64,000 nucleotides of DNA from Candidatus Thorarchaeota archaeon (GCA_046482545.1 JAWOEX010000013.1:52318-116317); one strand, 5' to 3'; shown: positions 39,746 through 50,712, numbered from the stretch's first letter. Notes: a model not told the origin generated them from the sequence alone. Program-made: numbers and translations.

Positions 39746-41536
39746 ATGACAAGTCAGCTATCAAACACCGACCCGCTCACTCTTAAAGAATTTGAATGCT
39801 TTAGGGATATTGCTGATACTCTCCAACTGGCTGTTGTTGCTCTCGATACTGGTTTTAACTTAACATATGCGAACACAGCTGCCCTGGATCTTCTTGCAGT
39901 GGATCATGTTCGCTCCGGAATGCATGTCAGCGATGTTGTTCCGTCCGAGCAAATGGGATTGGTTCGCAGGGGACTTGAAGAGCTGACAACTGGTGCAAAG
40001 CCCACTGGTCTTTCACTTCGGGCCATCAGGAAAGATGGAGTTCATATTCCCATCGAAACCTACGCACAGCCAATTGTTTCGGATGAGGGAGCAGAAGGAT
40101 TCTTGGTTTATGCCATTGATATGACACACAGGGCCAGGGTAGAAGAGAATCTGAGAGAACGACAGCAGTTCTTTGAGCTCATAGTGGAGCATTCACAATC
40201 GGGTATTTTCGTGATCGATGACGACTACAAATTTGAGTATCTTAATGATCAACTGGCTGATATCGTTGGCAGGACCCGTAGCGAAATGCTTGGCCATGAT
40301 TTCAGAGATTTCCTTCATCCTGATAGCTTGGAGCTTGTTACTGAGAGATACCTTCGAAGGCAACGAGGGGAGAAAGTGCCACAAACATACGAATTCAAGG
40401 TTCTTCATAGTGATGGCACTCCTAGAGACATTCGGATTACAAGCACAACGATGAAGGGGCGTGACGGGAGTATTAAGACTGTTGCCCAAATCATAGATAT
40501 AACAGAAACAAAGGAGAGCAAACGTGCCCTAGAAAGAAGCGAAAGGAAATACAGAACCCTCGTGGAGACCATGGAAGATGGGTTGGGTATTGATGATGAG
40601 AATTCTATAGTAACTTATGCAAATGACAAGCTGCTGAGTATGATGGGGCGGACTTGGGAGGAGGTGGTTGGTCATGGGACTCACAAATTGTTCCATAGAT
40701 GGACCCCCACCATGGCTAAGAAGAAGATTAACGGGCGCAGGAAAGGCGAGACCGAGCATTATGAAGCCAATCTGGTTCACAAAAGTGGCAAACTCATTCC
40801 GGTCATGGTTTCTGCTTCACCCCTCTTTGACGAGAATAATGAATACCAAGGCAGTTTCGCAATTATCACCGATATATCTGATTTGAAAGAGGCTGAAGGT
40901 GAGGCGCGGTTTCTTCTGGACCTTCTCCTGCATGATATTGGTAACCAACTCCAGCTGATACTAGCCGGAGCTGACCTTTGTCGGGCAGACTCACCTCCTG
41001 AACTCATCAGGAAGGCACGAAACTACGTAAATAATGGAGCCAATAGATGCCTTGAGCTAATAACCAAAATTAGAAATGCCGAAGCCGCTAAATCCGAACC
41101 CCTCAAACCTGTGGATTTGATTGATGTTCTAGAGTCAGAAATAAGACTAATTACCCGGGAATATGATGTAGAGGCACAAACCGATAATCTGCCGGATGAA
41201 GTTATTGTGAAGGCTGATAGCGCTCTTTCCCATCTCTTATGGAATCTCTTAGAGAACGCCGCCAAACACAATCAAGATAGAAATAGAAGAATCTGGGTGA
41301 CGTCCGAACGAACAGAAGATCGTTTTATTTTACACATAATGGATAATGGTCCCGGTCTTGAAGACGAGAAGAAATTTGAATTGTTTGATTCTGAACGCAG
41401 ATTCGGTGGTGTCGGCCTCCATCTAGTCAATAGACTGGCTCACAAGTATGATGCTCATCTGAGTGTGGAAGACAGGGTAGAAGGAGAACCAAGCGAGGGA
41501 TTGAGGGTGAGTATAGTCTTTGCCCTCCCCAACTAA
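39746..41536 (+). CDS. PAS-domain sensor histidine kinase (tandem paralog)
   Basis: Same architecture, with long identical peptides (GHDFRDFLHPDS, RFLLDLLLHDIGNQLQLI). Confidence 0.92.
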   Translation: MTSQLSNTDPLTLKEFECFRDIADTLQLAVVALDTGFNLTYANTAALDLLAVDHVRSGMHVSDVVPSEQMGLVRRGLEELTTGAKPTGLSLRAIRKDGVHIPIETYAQPIVSDEGAEGFLVYAIDMTHRARVEENLRERQQFFELIVEHSQSGIFVIDDDYKFEYLNDQLADIVGRTRSEMLGHDFRDFLHPDSLELVTERYLRRQRGEKVPQTYEFKVLHSDGTPRDIRITSTTMKGRDGSIKTVAQIIDITETKESKRALERSERKYRTLVETMEDGLGIDDENSIVTYANDKLLSMMGRTWEEVVGHGTHKLFHRWTPTMAKKKINGRRKGETEHYEANLVHKSGKLIPVMVSASPLFDENNEYQGSFAIITDISDLKEAEGEARFLLDLLLHDIGNQLQLILAGADLCRADSPPELIRKARNYVNNGANRCLELITKIRNAEAAKSEPLKPVDLIDVLESEIRLITREYDVEAQTDNLPDEVIVKADSALSHLLWNLLENAAKHNQDRNRRIWVTSERTEDRFILHIMDNGPGLEDEKKFELFDSERRFGGVGLHLVNRLAHKYDAHLSVEDRVEGEPSEGLRVSIVFALPN

Positions 41537-41725
41537 CATATTGGCTCATGCCCCGTTTTTACATTTCTTCTTTGCACCGGTACTGTGTGAAAAGTCTGCC
41601 GCTATGAATATATGTGGTCATAACAACAGGCATAATCATAGAGATTGGACATTTTGAAATTGATATTCCCAATTCTTGCTTCTTCATTGAATTTTCACAC
41701 ACAATCCGTTGCACCATAATCATTG

Positions 41726-42270
41726 TAACCTGTTTCTTATAATTTCGCCAACTGCTTGAAACCTCTGTGTTACGCCCTTGCCCTTCCAGTATCACCGCCC
41801 CCAAGGCTGGTCAGTACCCCTTGTCAGCAGAGGCTTTGTCTGCGTTCACTGCAATAGCATTTTCCTGCGCTCAGGACTTCCCTCCCCTGTCATAACCCGG
41901 CATATCACTCCCGTGACAGCGAGTTTTTCCACAGTCCTTGCCAGGCGTGGTCATGATTACCCGACTCAGCTTTGTCACCGTAGCTGAGAAGATTCGTGTG
42001 GACTTGGTGAACAGCCGCGGACTCTCCAGAGACCGATGAATCTCTCTTGGTGGAGAGTGAGGACTTTTGCTTAGAATGACGCGTCCTCCTCACAGATTTC
42101 GGCCGCGTGCTTCGTACTACTGCACTAACCCCCTTGCCTAGTCATACTGAAGGCGAGTTCCGCAGTAAGTCTAATAAATTCCTCTCGTATTAGGATATTG
42201 ACGGGCCTAGAGGAAATCTTACAAATGTTTTACACTTCTACACCCGGACTATGTAGGATGCTGTTAAATT
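41726..42270 (-). mobile_element. non-autonomous omegaRNA-derived element, copy 6 (full length, diverged)
   Basis: Left end AGAAGTGTAAAA..GTAAGATTTCC, core blocks, 3' end TAAGAAACAGGTTA; left end abuts the amidohydrolase start. Confidence 0.9.
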
Positions 42271-43671
42271 TTGGTTGATCCTGAATCTATTCTGATACAA
42301 AATGGGTATGTGCTGACAGTGAACCCCATGCGGGAGATAATTCCTGATGGTGCTGTCTACATCGAAGGAAACGAAATCAAATGGGTTGGAAAAACGGATG
42401 ATTTCTCCGGGTATACTCCTGAGTTGACCATGGATGCTGATAATATGGTGGTCATGCCTGGCCTGATTGACACCCACGTTCATCTGGCTCAGGCCATGAT
42501 ACGCGGCACAGCTGATGATGTGTCCCTTGTGGACTGGCTGAAAAAATATGTCTGGGTATTGCAGGGCAACTATACTGAGGAGGATGGACGTGCTTCTGCA
42601 GAGCTGTGCATGGCTGAGATGATTCGAACCGGCACAACGTCTTTCTTGGAATGTATGATCCATACACGATATGGATTCAACGGGATTGCAGAAGCCGTTG
42701 AAGAAACTGGCATGAGGGCTGCCCTCTCAAAAATTATTATGGATTCTACTGGTTACGCAGACAGCCCCGATATAATGTATCCCGGTATGGTTGAGGAAAG
42801 AGACGATTGTCTTCGCGAGACCGAGGAGATGCTTTCGTGTTGGCATGGTGAGGCCGAGGGCAGAATCCAAGTATGGTATGGTCTGCGTTCTCTTGGTGCA
42901 GTCACTCCCAATTTGTTCAGAGAAGTAGCCCGCCTTGCGGATGAGCATAATACGCGCATGACCATGCATCTCGGAGAAGTGGAAGATGACGTGCGCTATG
43001 TTAGAGATGAGTACGACATGGGGCTTACTGAATTCGCTGAGGAGCAAGGGCTACTTGGTCCCAACATGGTTTTCGCTCACGGAGTACATCTTTCCGACAA
43101 AGATTTGGACAGGCTAGCGAAGACCAAAACCAACATCTCCCACTGTCCCGCAAGCAATATGAAACTGGCTTCTGGATTTGCTAGAGTACCTGAGATGCTC
43201 AATCGGGGTATCCCCATTTCTCTTGGTTGTGATGGTGGTCCAAGCAACAATACGTATGATATGATTCGAGAAATGCGTCTTGCCGCTCTGGTACACAAAG
43301 CGATTGTTGATAATCCTCTGGTGATGAGTGCTGAGGATGTGGTTGAGATCGCTACATTGGGCGGAGCAGCGGCGATGGGAATCGATGATGAAGTTGGTTC
43401 CATTGAAAAGGGCAAGCTCGCAGACATAATCTTGGTAGACATGGATAGTCTGTCTTTCACGCCTAGTGTAAACCCGGTATCGAATCTCGTATACTCCGGA
43501 TGCGGGACAGATGTCGATACAGTTCTGGTAAACGGTAAAATTTTGATGAGAGACAAGGAGCTTTTGACGCTGGATGAAGAATCTGTGAAGCAAAGGGCAC
43601 GGCAGCAGGCTGCTGATCTTCTCGATCGAGCTGAAATCGACATCGAGCCGAAGTGGCCAAGAAGAAAGTGA
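42271..43671 (+). CDS. amidohydrolase (MTA/SAH-, guanine-deaminase or SsnA-like)
   Basis: PGLIDTHVH, MHLGE, AHGVH, HCPASNMKL, GCDG, GKLAD. Confidence 0.92.
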   Translation: MVDPESILIQNGYVLTVNPMREIIPDGAVYIEGNEIKWVGKTDDFSGYTPELTMDADNMVVMPGLIDTHVHLAQAMIRGTADDVSLVDWLKKYVWVLQGNYTEEDGRASAELCMAEMIRTGTTSFLECMIHTRYGFNGIAEAVEETGMRAALSKIIMDSTGYADSPDIMYPGMVEERDDCLRETEEMLSCWHGEAEGRIQVWYGLRSLGAVTPNLFREVARLADEHNTRMTMHLGEVEDDVRYVRDEYDMGLTEFAEEQGLLGPNMVFAHGVHLSDKDLDRLAKTKTNISHCPASNMKLASGFARVPEMLNRGIPISLGCDGGPSNNTYDMIREMRLAALVHKAIVDNPLVMSAEDVVEIATLGGAAAMGIDDEVGSIEKGKLADIILVDMDSLSFTPSVNPVSNLVYSGCGTDVDTVLVNGKILMRDKELLTLDEESVKQRARQQAADLLDRAEIDIEPKWPRRK

Positions 43672-43698
43672 AATTCCGTTGGTCTATAAGCAGAATTA

Positions 43699-44925
43699 TC
43701 AGCTTATGATAGCCTCTCTCTCGAAGAGCTTCGCTCCGATTATGAGGAAGACGATGGTGAATACAAGAAGATATGCTACATTTCCCAAAAGACTGATTGG
43801 TGTAGCAGCTCCAGAGAGAACCCCATTGAGAAAGATGATTGCGTGACTGAACGGGACGGCCAGAATGAAAAGACCGAAGAGACCGCTATATTGGGTCACA
43901 CTTCCTGTGAATCCAAGGATTCCAATCACCATAGTTGGAACGAGGAGTATCAGGTTGTTCATGGACTCTGCAGTAGCCTGATCCTTTGCGAGACAGGAAA
44001 TCACAACACCAATACCAATGGCGCACAAGAGGATGAGTATCTGGCAGAAGAATATCAGCGGTAACGTCCCTACATTCACAGTATAGAGATTGATGTAATA
44101 TTGTCCCGACTGGGGTGGTAGTGCGGCGGCTCTCATAATAATTGACCAATTGTAAATCAGAATACCAATGACGGTGAAAGCGGAGTATATCATTGTTAAC
44201 AAAAGCCCGGCAAGCAGTTTGGCTGTTAGTATCTTGATTCTGCTCATGGGAACAACCAGCAATGCTTCAAGCGTGTTTTGTTCTTTCTCCCCAGCAAATG
44301 ATTTGCTTACGTACGGCGATGGTGCTAGAACCGATGTAATCATAACTAGGAAGATTGCAAGCTGATGGCCATACGTAGCTTCAGGTGCTACATTGTAATA
44401 AGCGAATTCGACTTTTCGAACCTCTATAATGTAGTTAATGACTTCCGAAGCGAAATTCTGGATACGTGCAGCAGCAGCCGTTGCGCGGAAATTAGCAGTA
44501 TTTACCCATAGCGATAGAGTGCTCTGGTTCTTTTGTATAAGGTCTTCAGTGAAGTTCTCAGGTATCAGAACCCATACTGAGACAGATCTGTTTTCAACAA
44601 GCTGTTGCCCTTCAGATGGTGTCACATTGATTAGTTTCTTTATGAGCAGTTCGGACTGATTTCCTTCTATCTGATCATAGAGAGTCTGGCCCCATACATC
44701 GTCATCTTCGAGGGTGATGTACACCGTCTCGGGTTCTTCTGTTGTCTGAGCCACGATGAATGATAGAAATGCACCTTGGAAAAGCCACGCAAAAAGAGGA
44801 CTGATGATGAACCCGAGAATCAACCAGCGTGACCGCAGAACTGACTTGACTTCTTTTCGGAATAGCCAAAGCATCTTGATATCAATTATCCGCGTATCGT
44901 TAGTCAACAATCTCACCTTGTTCAT
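43699..44925 (-). CDS. ABC-2 type exporter permease
   Basis: GEKEQNTLEALLVVP motif and six TM helices. Confidence 0.9.
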   Translation of the reverse strand: MNKVRLLTNDTRIIDIKMLWLFRKEVKSVLRSRWLILGFIISPLFAWLFQGAFLSFIVAQTTEEPETVYITLEDDDVWGQTLYDQIEGNQSELLIKKLINVTPSEGQQLVENRSVSVWVLIPENFTEDLIQKNQSTLSLWVNTANFRATAAAARIQNFASEVINYIIEVRKVEFAYYNVAPEATYGHQLAIFLVMITSVLAPSPYVSKSFAGEKEQNTLEALLVVPMSRIKILTAKLLAGLLLTMIYSAFTVIGILIYNWSIIMRAAALPPQSGQYYINLYTVNVGTLPLIFFCQILILLCAIGIGVVISCLAKDQATAESMNNLILLVPTMVIGILGFTGSVTQYSGLFGLFILAVPFSHAIIFLNGVLSGAATPISLLGNVAYLLVFTIVFLIIGAKLFEREAIIS

Positions 44926-45695
44926 GTTCGGCTGGCATAGACACCTTCACCTGTTACCAACCCTGTGTATACCTCTTCCAAGTCAGCAGCCTTGAACTTA
45001 TCTTCGAGTTCAGTGGGTGCTCCTGTTGCCACCAGCTCTCCCCTGTTTAGGATGCCCACTCTGTGACAGATTTCCTTGACTTCATTGAGATCGTGTGTGG
45101 TCATGATGATGGTTCTATTCTCTTCAGAGCTTAACTCCTTCAGCAGGTTTCTCACAACCCGCGCACCAATTGTATCAATACCGGTTGTTGGTTCGTCAAG
45201 GAAAATAATTTCGGGTTCAGTAATGAGAGATCGTGCTACTAGGACTTTCCGTTTCATCCCTCCACTGAACCCCTTCACCTGGAAATCTTCTTTTTCTCTG
45301 AGCCCCACGATATCCAACAGCCTATCCGCTCGTTTCTGAAGCTTCTTTTCGGGTACCCCGTATAATCCGCCGTAGTATACGAGATTTTCACGTGCAGTCA
45401 ATCTCTCATAGATGCCCGCTTCCTGAGGCAGTAGAGCAACCCGCTTTCGGATGCTTTCTATTTCATTGACAACATCATAACCGAGTACTGAAGCCCGCCC
45501 GCGGGTTGGAGTCAATAGCCCGATGAGAACGCGGATGAGAGTGGTTTTTCCAGCTCCATTTGGTCCAAGGAGCCCAAAGACCTCACCACGCATAATCTGG
45601 AGCGTTACATCTTTGAGCGCCACCACTTCTTTCTTTTTCCCCTCTTCGAAAATTTTGGTCAGATCCTCGATTTCAATGGCGACTTCATCGATCAT
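44922..45695 (-). CDS. ABC transporter ATP-binding protein
   Basis: GPNGAGKTT, FSGGM, FLDEPT. Confidence 0.95.
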   Translation of the reverse strand: MIDEVAIEIEDLTKIFEEGKKKEVVALKDVTLQIMRGEVFGLLGPNGAGKTTLIRVLIGLLTPTRGRASVLGYDVVNEIESIRKRVALLPQEAGIYERLTARENLVYYGGLYGVPEKKLQKRADRLLDIVGLREKEDFQVKGFSGGMKRKVLVARSLITEPEIIFLDEPTTGIDTIGARVVRNLLKELSSEENRTIIMTTHDLNEVKEICHRVGILNRGELVATGAPTELEDKFKAADLEEVYTGLVTGEGVYASRT

Positions 45696-45736
45696 GTTAT
45701 TTCAGGTCTCGTCTGCTGCTATTTGGTACCTATCAT

Positions 45737-46561
45737 TCAGTATAAGTCAGGAATGGTGGGAAACACAGGTTCACCTTTGATTTCCTGTTCCAAGAAATCA
45801 TAGGCCGCTTCAACATCATTCGGGCTTCCTTCGATGTAGAGTGTTACACATCCTTCCGCCCCATTGACACCGCCTGCTGCAATCGGGATTGCATCAACAT
45901 CGAAGAGTGTTCTCAGAGCATCGATTTCGGTGTATGGTATTCCTTCTGGAACAGATATTGCCCCGACAGGCGTCCCAATAGCGTGGTCCCACTCGTACAT
46001 CCCGAATAGTCCACTATACTCTTCGTAGGCAACCGGGATTGATTTCTCCAGTCCTACAGGCATGAGCAATTCGATTCCCCTTGATGCAACTGCACCAATG
46101 AAGGAACCAATGGATCCCCCAGTCTTGCTCGCAAGAAGAATGACCGGGACGTTCTTCACATCTAGAGCGTTTGCACTCTTGATTATGACATCATCGGGCC
46201 CCAAATCATCTAGAATATCCAGAACTTTCATGTCCTCGAGACGCTCGCCTTTGTGAAAGATTTGGTCTGAATTCCGGTTTTCATCTTTTGTCACCCATAG
46301 ACCATCAGGAATAGTGAGGCCAGCGATATGTCTCGTCTTGTCATAGTCTTCTACTAACTCCTCAACCAAGTATGCAGAAGTAGTACCCAGAGTGATGCAA
46401 AGGTAGCCTTTTTCCAGAGCGTATTGCACATCATCTGTGGCAAGCAACCCTTTCGCAATTAGTCTCTTTCCTTCGGCTGGTGTGAGCGTAACAAGCAAAT
46501 TGGACATGATTGGTTCTCTCATTTTCATTACCTCGACTGGACGTTTTTTACTTTGTTGCAA
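45737..46561 (-). CDS. conserved hypothetical protein
   Basis: LTPAEGKRLIA, GTT.AY, K.ANA, PVGLEK, GGV.GAEG motifs. Confidence 0.8.
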   Translation of the reverse strand: MQQSKKRPVEVMKMREPIMSNLLVTLTPAEGKRLIAKGLLATDDVQYALEKGYLCITLGTTSAYLVEELVEDYDKTRHIAGLTIPDGLWVTKDENRNSDQIFHKGERLEDMKVLDILDDLGPDDVIIKSANALDVKNVPVILLASKTGGSIGSFIGAVASRGIELLMPVGLEKSIPVAYEEYSGLFGMYEWDHAIGTPVGAISVPEGIPYTEIDALRTLFDVDAIPIAAGGVNGAEGCVTLYIEGSPNDVEAAYDFLEQEIKGEPVFPTIPDLY

Positions 46562-47915
46562 CAGTTATTGTTTCAGTATATGTTGAGATGGCCCTTTTCA
46601 CGATTTCTCTCGATGTTTCTCTGATGGAGTCATAATAGGCATCCACATCGATACTACCACTACCCAGAAAATCGCTTACTTCTGGATATCTCTTCAGGGT
46701 ATCGATAAGGCTTTCTTCTGACTCTCTTGATTCGATTGCAGCCTTTCGCAGCATTTCATGGGCCTTGGGCCGCTCAAGCCCCGCCTTTGTAAGGGTAGTC
46801 ACAAGATATTCGCTTAGGATTCCCTGATTGGTCTTGGCAACGTTTCTGATTACTCTTTCCTCATCTATAATGAGTCCGTCAACAATGCGGTTGAGTTCTC
46901 TCACCATGTAGTCAACAAGAATGAATGCCTGTGGAAGGACAAACCGCTCAGCCGAAGAATTGGCGAGATCCCGTTCTTCCCAACTGATTACAGTTTCCAG
47001 TGCTGGGGAGGCAAAACTTCTGACAATTCTTGCTAAACCGCTCAGCTTCTCACAAGTTATGGGATTCCTTTTGTGAGGCATGGCAGAAGAGCCTATCTGT
47101 TCACCGCCTACGAAGGGTTCGAAGGTCTCGGCTATCTCTGTTCGCTGAAGATTCCGCAAATCAGTAGCGATTTTATCGATTGTTGAAGCCAAGTTGCACA
47201 GCGCAAGTATGGCTTCTGCATACCTGTCTCTTTGGACTATCTGCGTTGTTGCCGTTGGTACTCCCAGTTCAAGTTCGTCAAGCACGCGGTTCTGCACTTC
47301 CAATCCCTGCTTACCCAAAGCCGCATGGCTCCCAGTAGCCCCTGCTATCTTTCCTACTGTTCCTCGTTTCTTGGCTGCTATTAGGCGTTCAATGTGTCGT
47401 CGAACCTCATCCAACCATACTGCAAATCTGATACCATATGTGATTGGCACTGCGTGTTGACCATGCGTTCGTCCTACTGCAATTAGCTCGGTCGTTTCTT
47501 CTGCTCTTTTCATAATCGTTTCTGCCAAGGTCTCAAGCTGAAGTAGGAGTTCTTCAAATGCCTTTTTCATCTGCAGGGCCTTTGTGGTGTCTTTCACGTC
47601 GTTGCTTGTCAGACCAAAATGGATCCAACGAGAACCAGCCCCGTCGCATTTCTCCGCGATAGCTTCGTATAGAGCTGCCACATCATGTCGAGTTCTCCTT
47701 TCAATCTCCTTGGTTCTCTCCAAAGTAACCTGCTCAGGAACTGCACTCTGCTCGATGTCCGTTGCAGCTTCTTTAGGAATGAGACCTAGTTTCGCTTGAA
47801 CCCTTGCAACCGTCTTCTCAATTCTCAGCCACAAGGAGTGTCTGTATTGTTCTTCGAAAATCCGCACCATGTCGGGATGACCGTATCTTCCATAGTCGAT
47901 GGGGTTTACCGGCAA
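46548..47915 (-). CDS. purB: adenylosuccinate lyase
   Basis: RHDV, HFGLTSND, GRTHGQHA, GSSAMPHKRNP; TTG start at 47915 preferred. Confidence 0.93.
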   Translation of the reverse strand: MPVNPIDYGRYGHPDMVRIFEEQYRHSLWLRIEKTVARVQAKLGLIPKEAATDIEQSAVPEQVTLERTKEIERRTRHDVAALYEAIAEKCDGAGSRWIHFGLTSNDVKDTTKALQMKKAFEELLLQLETLAETIMKRAEETTELIAVGRTHGQHAVPITYGIRFAVWLDEVRRHIERLIAAKKRGTVGKIAGATGSHAALGKQGLEVQNRVLDELELGVPTATTQIVQRDRYAEAILALCNLASTIDKIATDLRNLQRTEIAETFEPFVGGEQIGSSAMPHKRNPITCEKLSGLARIVRSFASPALETVISWEERDLANSSAERFVLPQAFILVDYMVRELNRIVDGLIIDEERVIRNVAKTNQGILSEYLVTTLTKAGLERPKAHEMLRKAAIESRESEESLIDTLKRYPEVSDFLGSGSIDVDAYYDSIRETSREIVKRAISTYTETITVATK

Positions 47916-48021
47916 CGTGTTCGCTCTCCTGATACCTATCCTGTGTTCGTCACCTTCATATGGTTTGCTGAAAACCAAATAAACGTGTTCGAAGACCACC
48001 GGCTCAATCTGGGCTGATAAC

Positions 48022-49005
48022 ATGACCAATACAGATTTCCTTGACCTCAGTGCTGAGGATACGCTACACTTGCTTGAAGAAGCTGAAAGGCTCTTCCAAG
48101 CGGGCTATCCTGCCAACTTCTACGAAGGAGCGCCTCTTCTAGTTGGTACGCTATTCCGTAACGAAGGACGCTACGAGAAGGGTGTTTCGGAGGCGGCTGC
48201 CGGGAGACTTGGGGGAACAGTAAATCAATTCACATGGCCCGACTCGTTCACCTTATCCATGCAGGAGAAACTGGATGAACTCAGTTTGGTGGCAAACGCA
48301 ACAGACATACTCCTATCAGCCCAGGTGAACGAAGACACCTTTGGCAATGGACGCTTAGTGACCGAACTGATGGCAACGGAAACTCCAATCGATTTCATCA
48401 GTCTCCATGATGACATCTACGCCCACCAGAGTGCATTGGCAGTCCTATCAGCAGTCAAGAGTAGACTCGGGAAACTTGATAGAAAGCGTATAGCTATATC
48501 ATGGGGTTTTGGTTCTAGATTCGTTCTTCCGAGTACCGCCCACAGTATACTTGCGCTCGCTACCAAGCTTGGCTCCGACGTACGGGTTGTAGCACCATCT
48601 AAATTTTCTCTATTACATCGAGTGTATCGAGATGCTTTAGAAATGGCGAAGAAACATGATTCAACGGTTGAGCAAGTTGATACGTTTGAGGAGACCTTTC
48701 CAGATGTAGATGCGATCTTTGCACTTAACTGGGGAAGTTTCGATAATTTCAGTCATCCTGAGCGAAATGCGTCGGATGCTAGAGGGTTCGAGGATTGGTG
48801 CTTCACATCGGACATCATGCCCGACAACAGCCTGTTTGTAACCGAACCTCCAGTACGAAGAGATTTGCTAGCGAGTTCCGATTTGCTGGTCTCAAAGGCG
48901 AATCTTACGAGAGAATGGCTTGCAAGAAGAGTCGCAGTGCTTGTTTCTACCATTCGTTTCATCCTCGGTACTGATGACGAGGACAAGCCGACGGTGTTCA
49001 TCTAG
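48022..49005 (+). CDS. YgeW-like (knotted) carbamoyltransferase-fold protein lacking catalytic motifs
   Basis: KRIAISWGFG...LATKLGSDVRVVAP...VDAIFALNWG resembles YgeW; STRT, HPTQ and HCLP are absent. Confidence 0.75.
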   Translation: MTNTDFLDLSAEDTLHLLEEAERLFQAGYPANFYEGAPLLVGTLFRNEGRYEKGVSEAAAGRLGGTVNQFTWPDSFTLSMQEKLDELSLVANATDILLSAQVNEDTFGNGRLVTELMATETPIDFISLHDDIYAHQSALAVLSAVKSRLGKLDRKRIAISWGFGSRFVLPSTAHSILALATKLGSDVRVVAPSKFSLLHRVYRDALEMAKKHDSTVEQVDTFEETFPDVDAIFALNWGSFDNFSHPERNASDARGFEDWCFTSDIMPDNSLFVTEPPVRRDLLASSDLLVSKANLTREWLARRVAVLVSTIRFILGTDDEDKPTVFI

Positions 49006-49775
49006 TGACAAAAATTCTATTAGAAGAAATCACTTAATGTTAGTAACGGCTGGATGGTGAATCGATTTTGGCAGAAAAAAAGCCGATTGATGAAGAAATG
49101 ATAAGGAAAATCGTCTCGATAACAGAGGGTTTCGGCCCGGGGAGTAAAGAACTCTCATCAAGAATCGATGAAATCGTTTACGAAACCAAAGCCAAAGAAG
49201 AGGACTATTGAAAACAGAATACCACACCCATTCAGGCTCTGTGGGAAGGTGTCCTGTTGACGCTTTGGCGATATTTGAATGACCAAACACATCACACGTT
49301 TCCAATTTACATGTATAGACGAATAGCAGCGCTTGAGATTCCTCTTCTCCACGTTCCAATACTCTGGCTACTCGAATTGTCACGAATACAGGTGTATTGA
49401 TTAGCTGATTTAGAACAGGTGTTCCAATTACACAAGACCGGGTGCGTTTCTTCAACCGCGTTGCTTTAGGGTTGGATGAAAAACAAACACAACCTACAGT
49501 TGCACCACAACAACCCTAATACCCTTGAGTTCGCTCTCCATGATGACCTTGGGGAACTTCGGTCTCGCCTCTGTTTCGATACTCGGAAACAGTTGACAAA
49601 GAAGGGCGTTGTAGAACGATGCATGTGGAGCATAGCTTCAGAATGTGACGGATGATCAGTGTTGATGCCTCCGACGGGATGCTTGCTTTGGTTCAAAGTC
49701 GTGATAGCAGATTATACGGGCTATCCTCGGAAAGAGCGTGCTCCGGGCAAGTGTGAATATCGGATGTGCCTGACT

Positions 49776-50705
49776 CTAGTCAGCGAACAGATCTGTGGTC
49801 AAATACCGCTCTCCCGTATCGGGCAGTATGGTTAGTAGCCGTTTCCCATCCTCTAACCCCTTGGCTACTTCAATGGTAACTGCGACTGCCGCCCCCGATG
49901 ATACTCCTGCAAAGATTCCTTCCTTGCAAGCAAGATCACGTGCAGTTCTTGCTGCGTCGTCGTAGGCTACAGTCAAGATTTCGTCAACCACATCAAGGTC
50001 AAGGACATCTGGTACAAATCCTGCTCCTATCCCTTGGATTTTATGGGAGCCTTTTCTCCCCTCTGACAAGACTGGGGATTTTTCTGGCTCCACAGCAATG
50101 ATTTTCACACCGGGACATTCTGCTTTCAAAATGCGTCCCACACCAGTCACCGTCCCCCCAGTACCGACCCCGGCTACAAAGTAGTCAAGTTTTCCTTCAG
50201 TGGCGTTTACTATTTCTCTGCCGGTCGTTTCGGTGTGAACTCTTGGATTTGCTGGATTCTTGAACTGCTGGGGCATATAGTACTTGCGAGGATTGCTCTC
50301 TGTGAGTTTTTCTGCTTCTCTCACGGCGCCGTCCATACCCTTTTCACCATGTATCAGCATGATATCTGCACCGAGTGCTTTCAGGATCCGTATGCGCTCC
50401 TCACTCATGGTGTCAGGCATTGTGAGAACCAGGGGATATCCTTTTGCTGCGGCTACCATGGCAAGACCGATACCAGTGTTTCCGCTTGTGGGTTCCACAA
50501 TTGTCATGTCTGGCTGGAGGGAACCATCCTTTTCTGCCTCTTCAACCATTGCCTTCGCAATTCGATCTTTCACACTGGACATAGGATTGAATGATTCGAG
50601 TTTGACTAGTATCTCACAGCCAGTCTCGCTTCCTAGTTTCTGCAGACGCACTATCGGTGTGTTTCCGACAAGATTCACAATTGAATCACTGATTTTTTCT
50701 GTCAT
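49776..50705 (-). CDS. cysK: cysteine synthase (O-acetylserine sulfhydrylase)
   Basis: SVKDR, EPTSGNTG, GVGTGGT, IQGIG, PDTGERY. Confidence 0.96.
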   Translation of the reverse strand: MTEKISDSIVNLVGNTPIVRLQKLGSETGCEILVKLESFNPMSSVKDRIAKAMVEEAEKDGSLQPDMTIVEPTSGNTGIGLAMVAAAKGYPLVLTMPDTMSEERIRILKALGADIMLIHGEKGMDGAVREAEKLTESNPRKYYMPQQFKNPANPRVHTETTGREIVNATEGKLDYFVAGVGTGGTVTGVGRILKAECPGVKIIAVEPEKSPVLSEGRKGSHKIQGIGAGFVPDVLDLDVVDEILTVAYDDAARTARDLACKEGIFAGVSSGAAVAVTIEVAKGLEDGKRLLTILPDTGERYLTTDLFAD

Positions 50706-50712
50706 TTCTCAT

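Noticed and set aside
41700-42290. Flanking duplication for copies 2, 6 and 7
   Set aside because: Only short or gapped matches indistinguishable from chance; not counted as support
49030-49740. Short ORFs between the carbamoyltransferase-like gene and cysK
   Set aside because: No recognisable motifs, RBS or consistent frame
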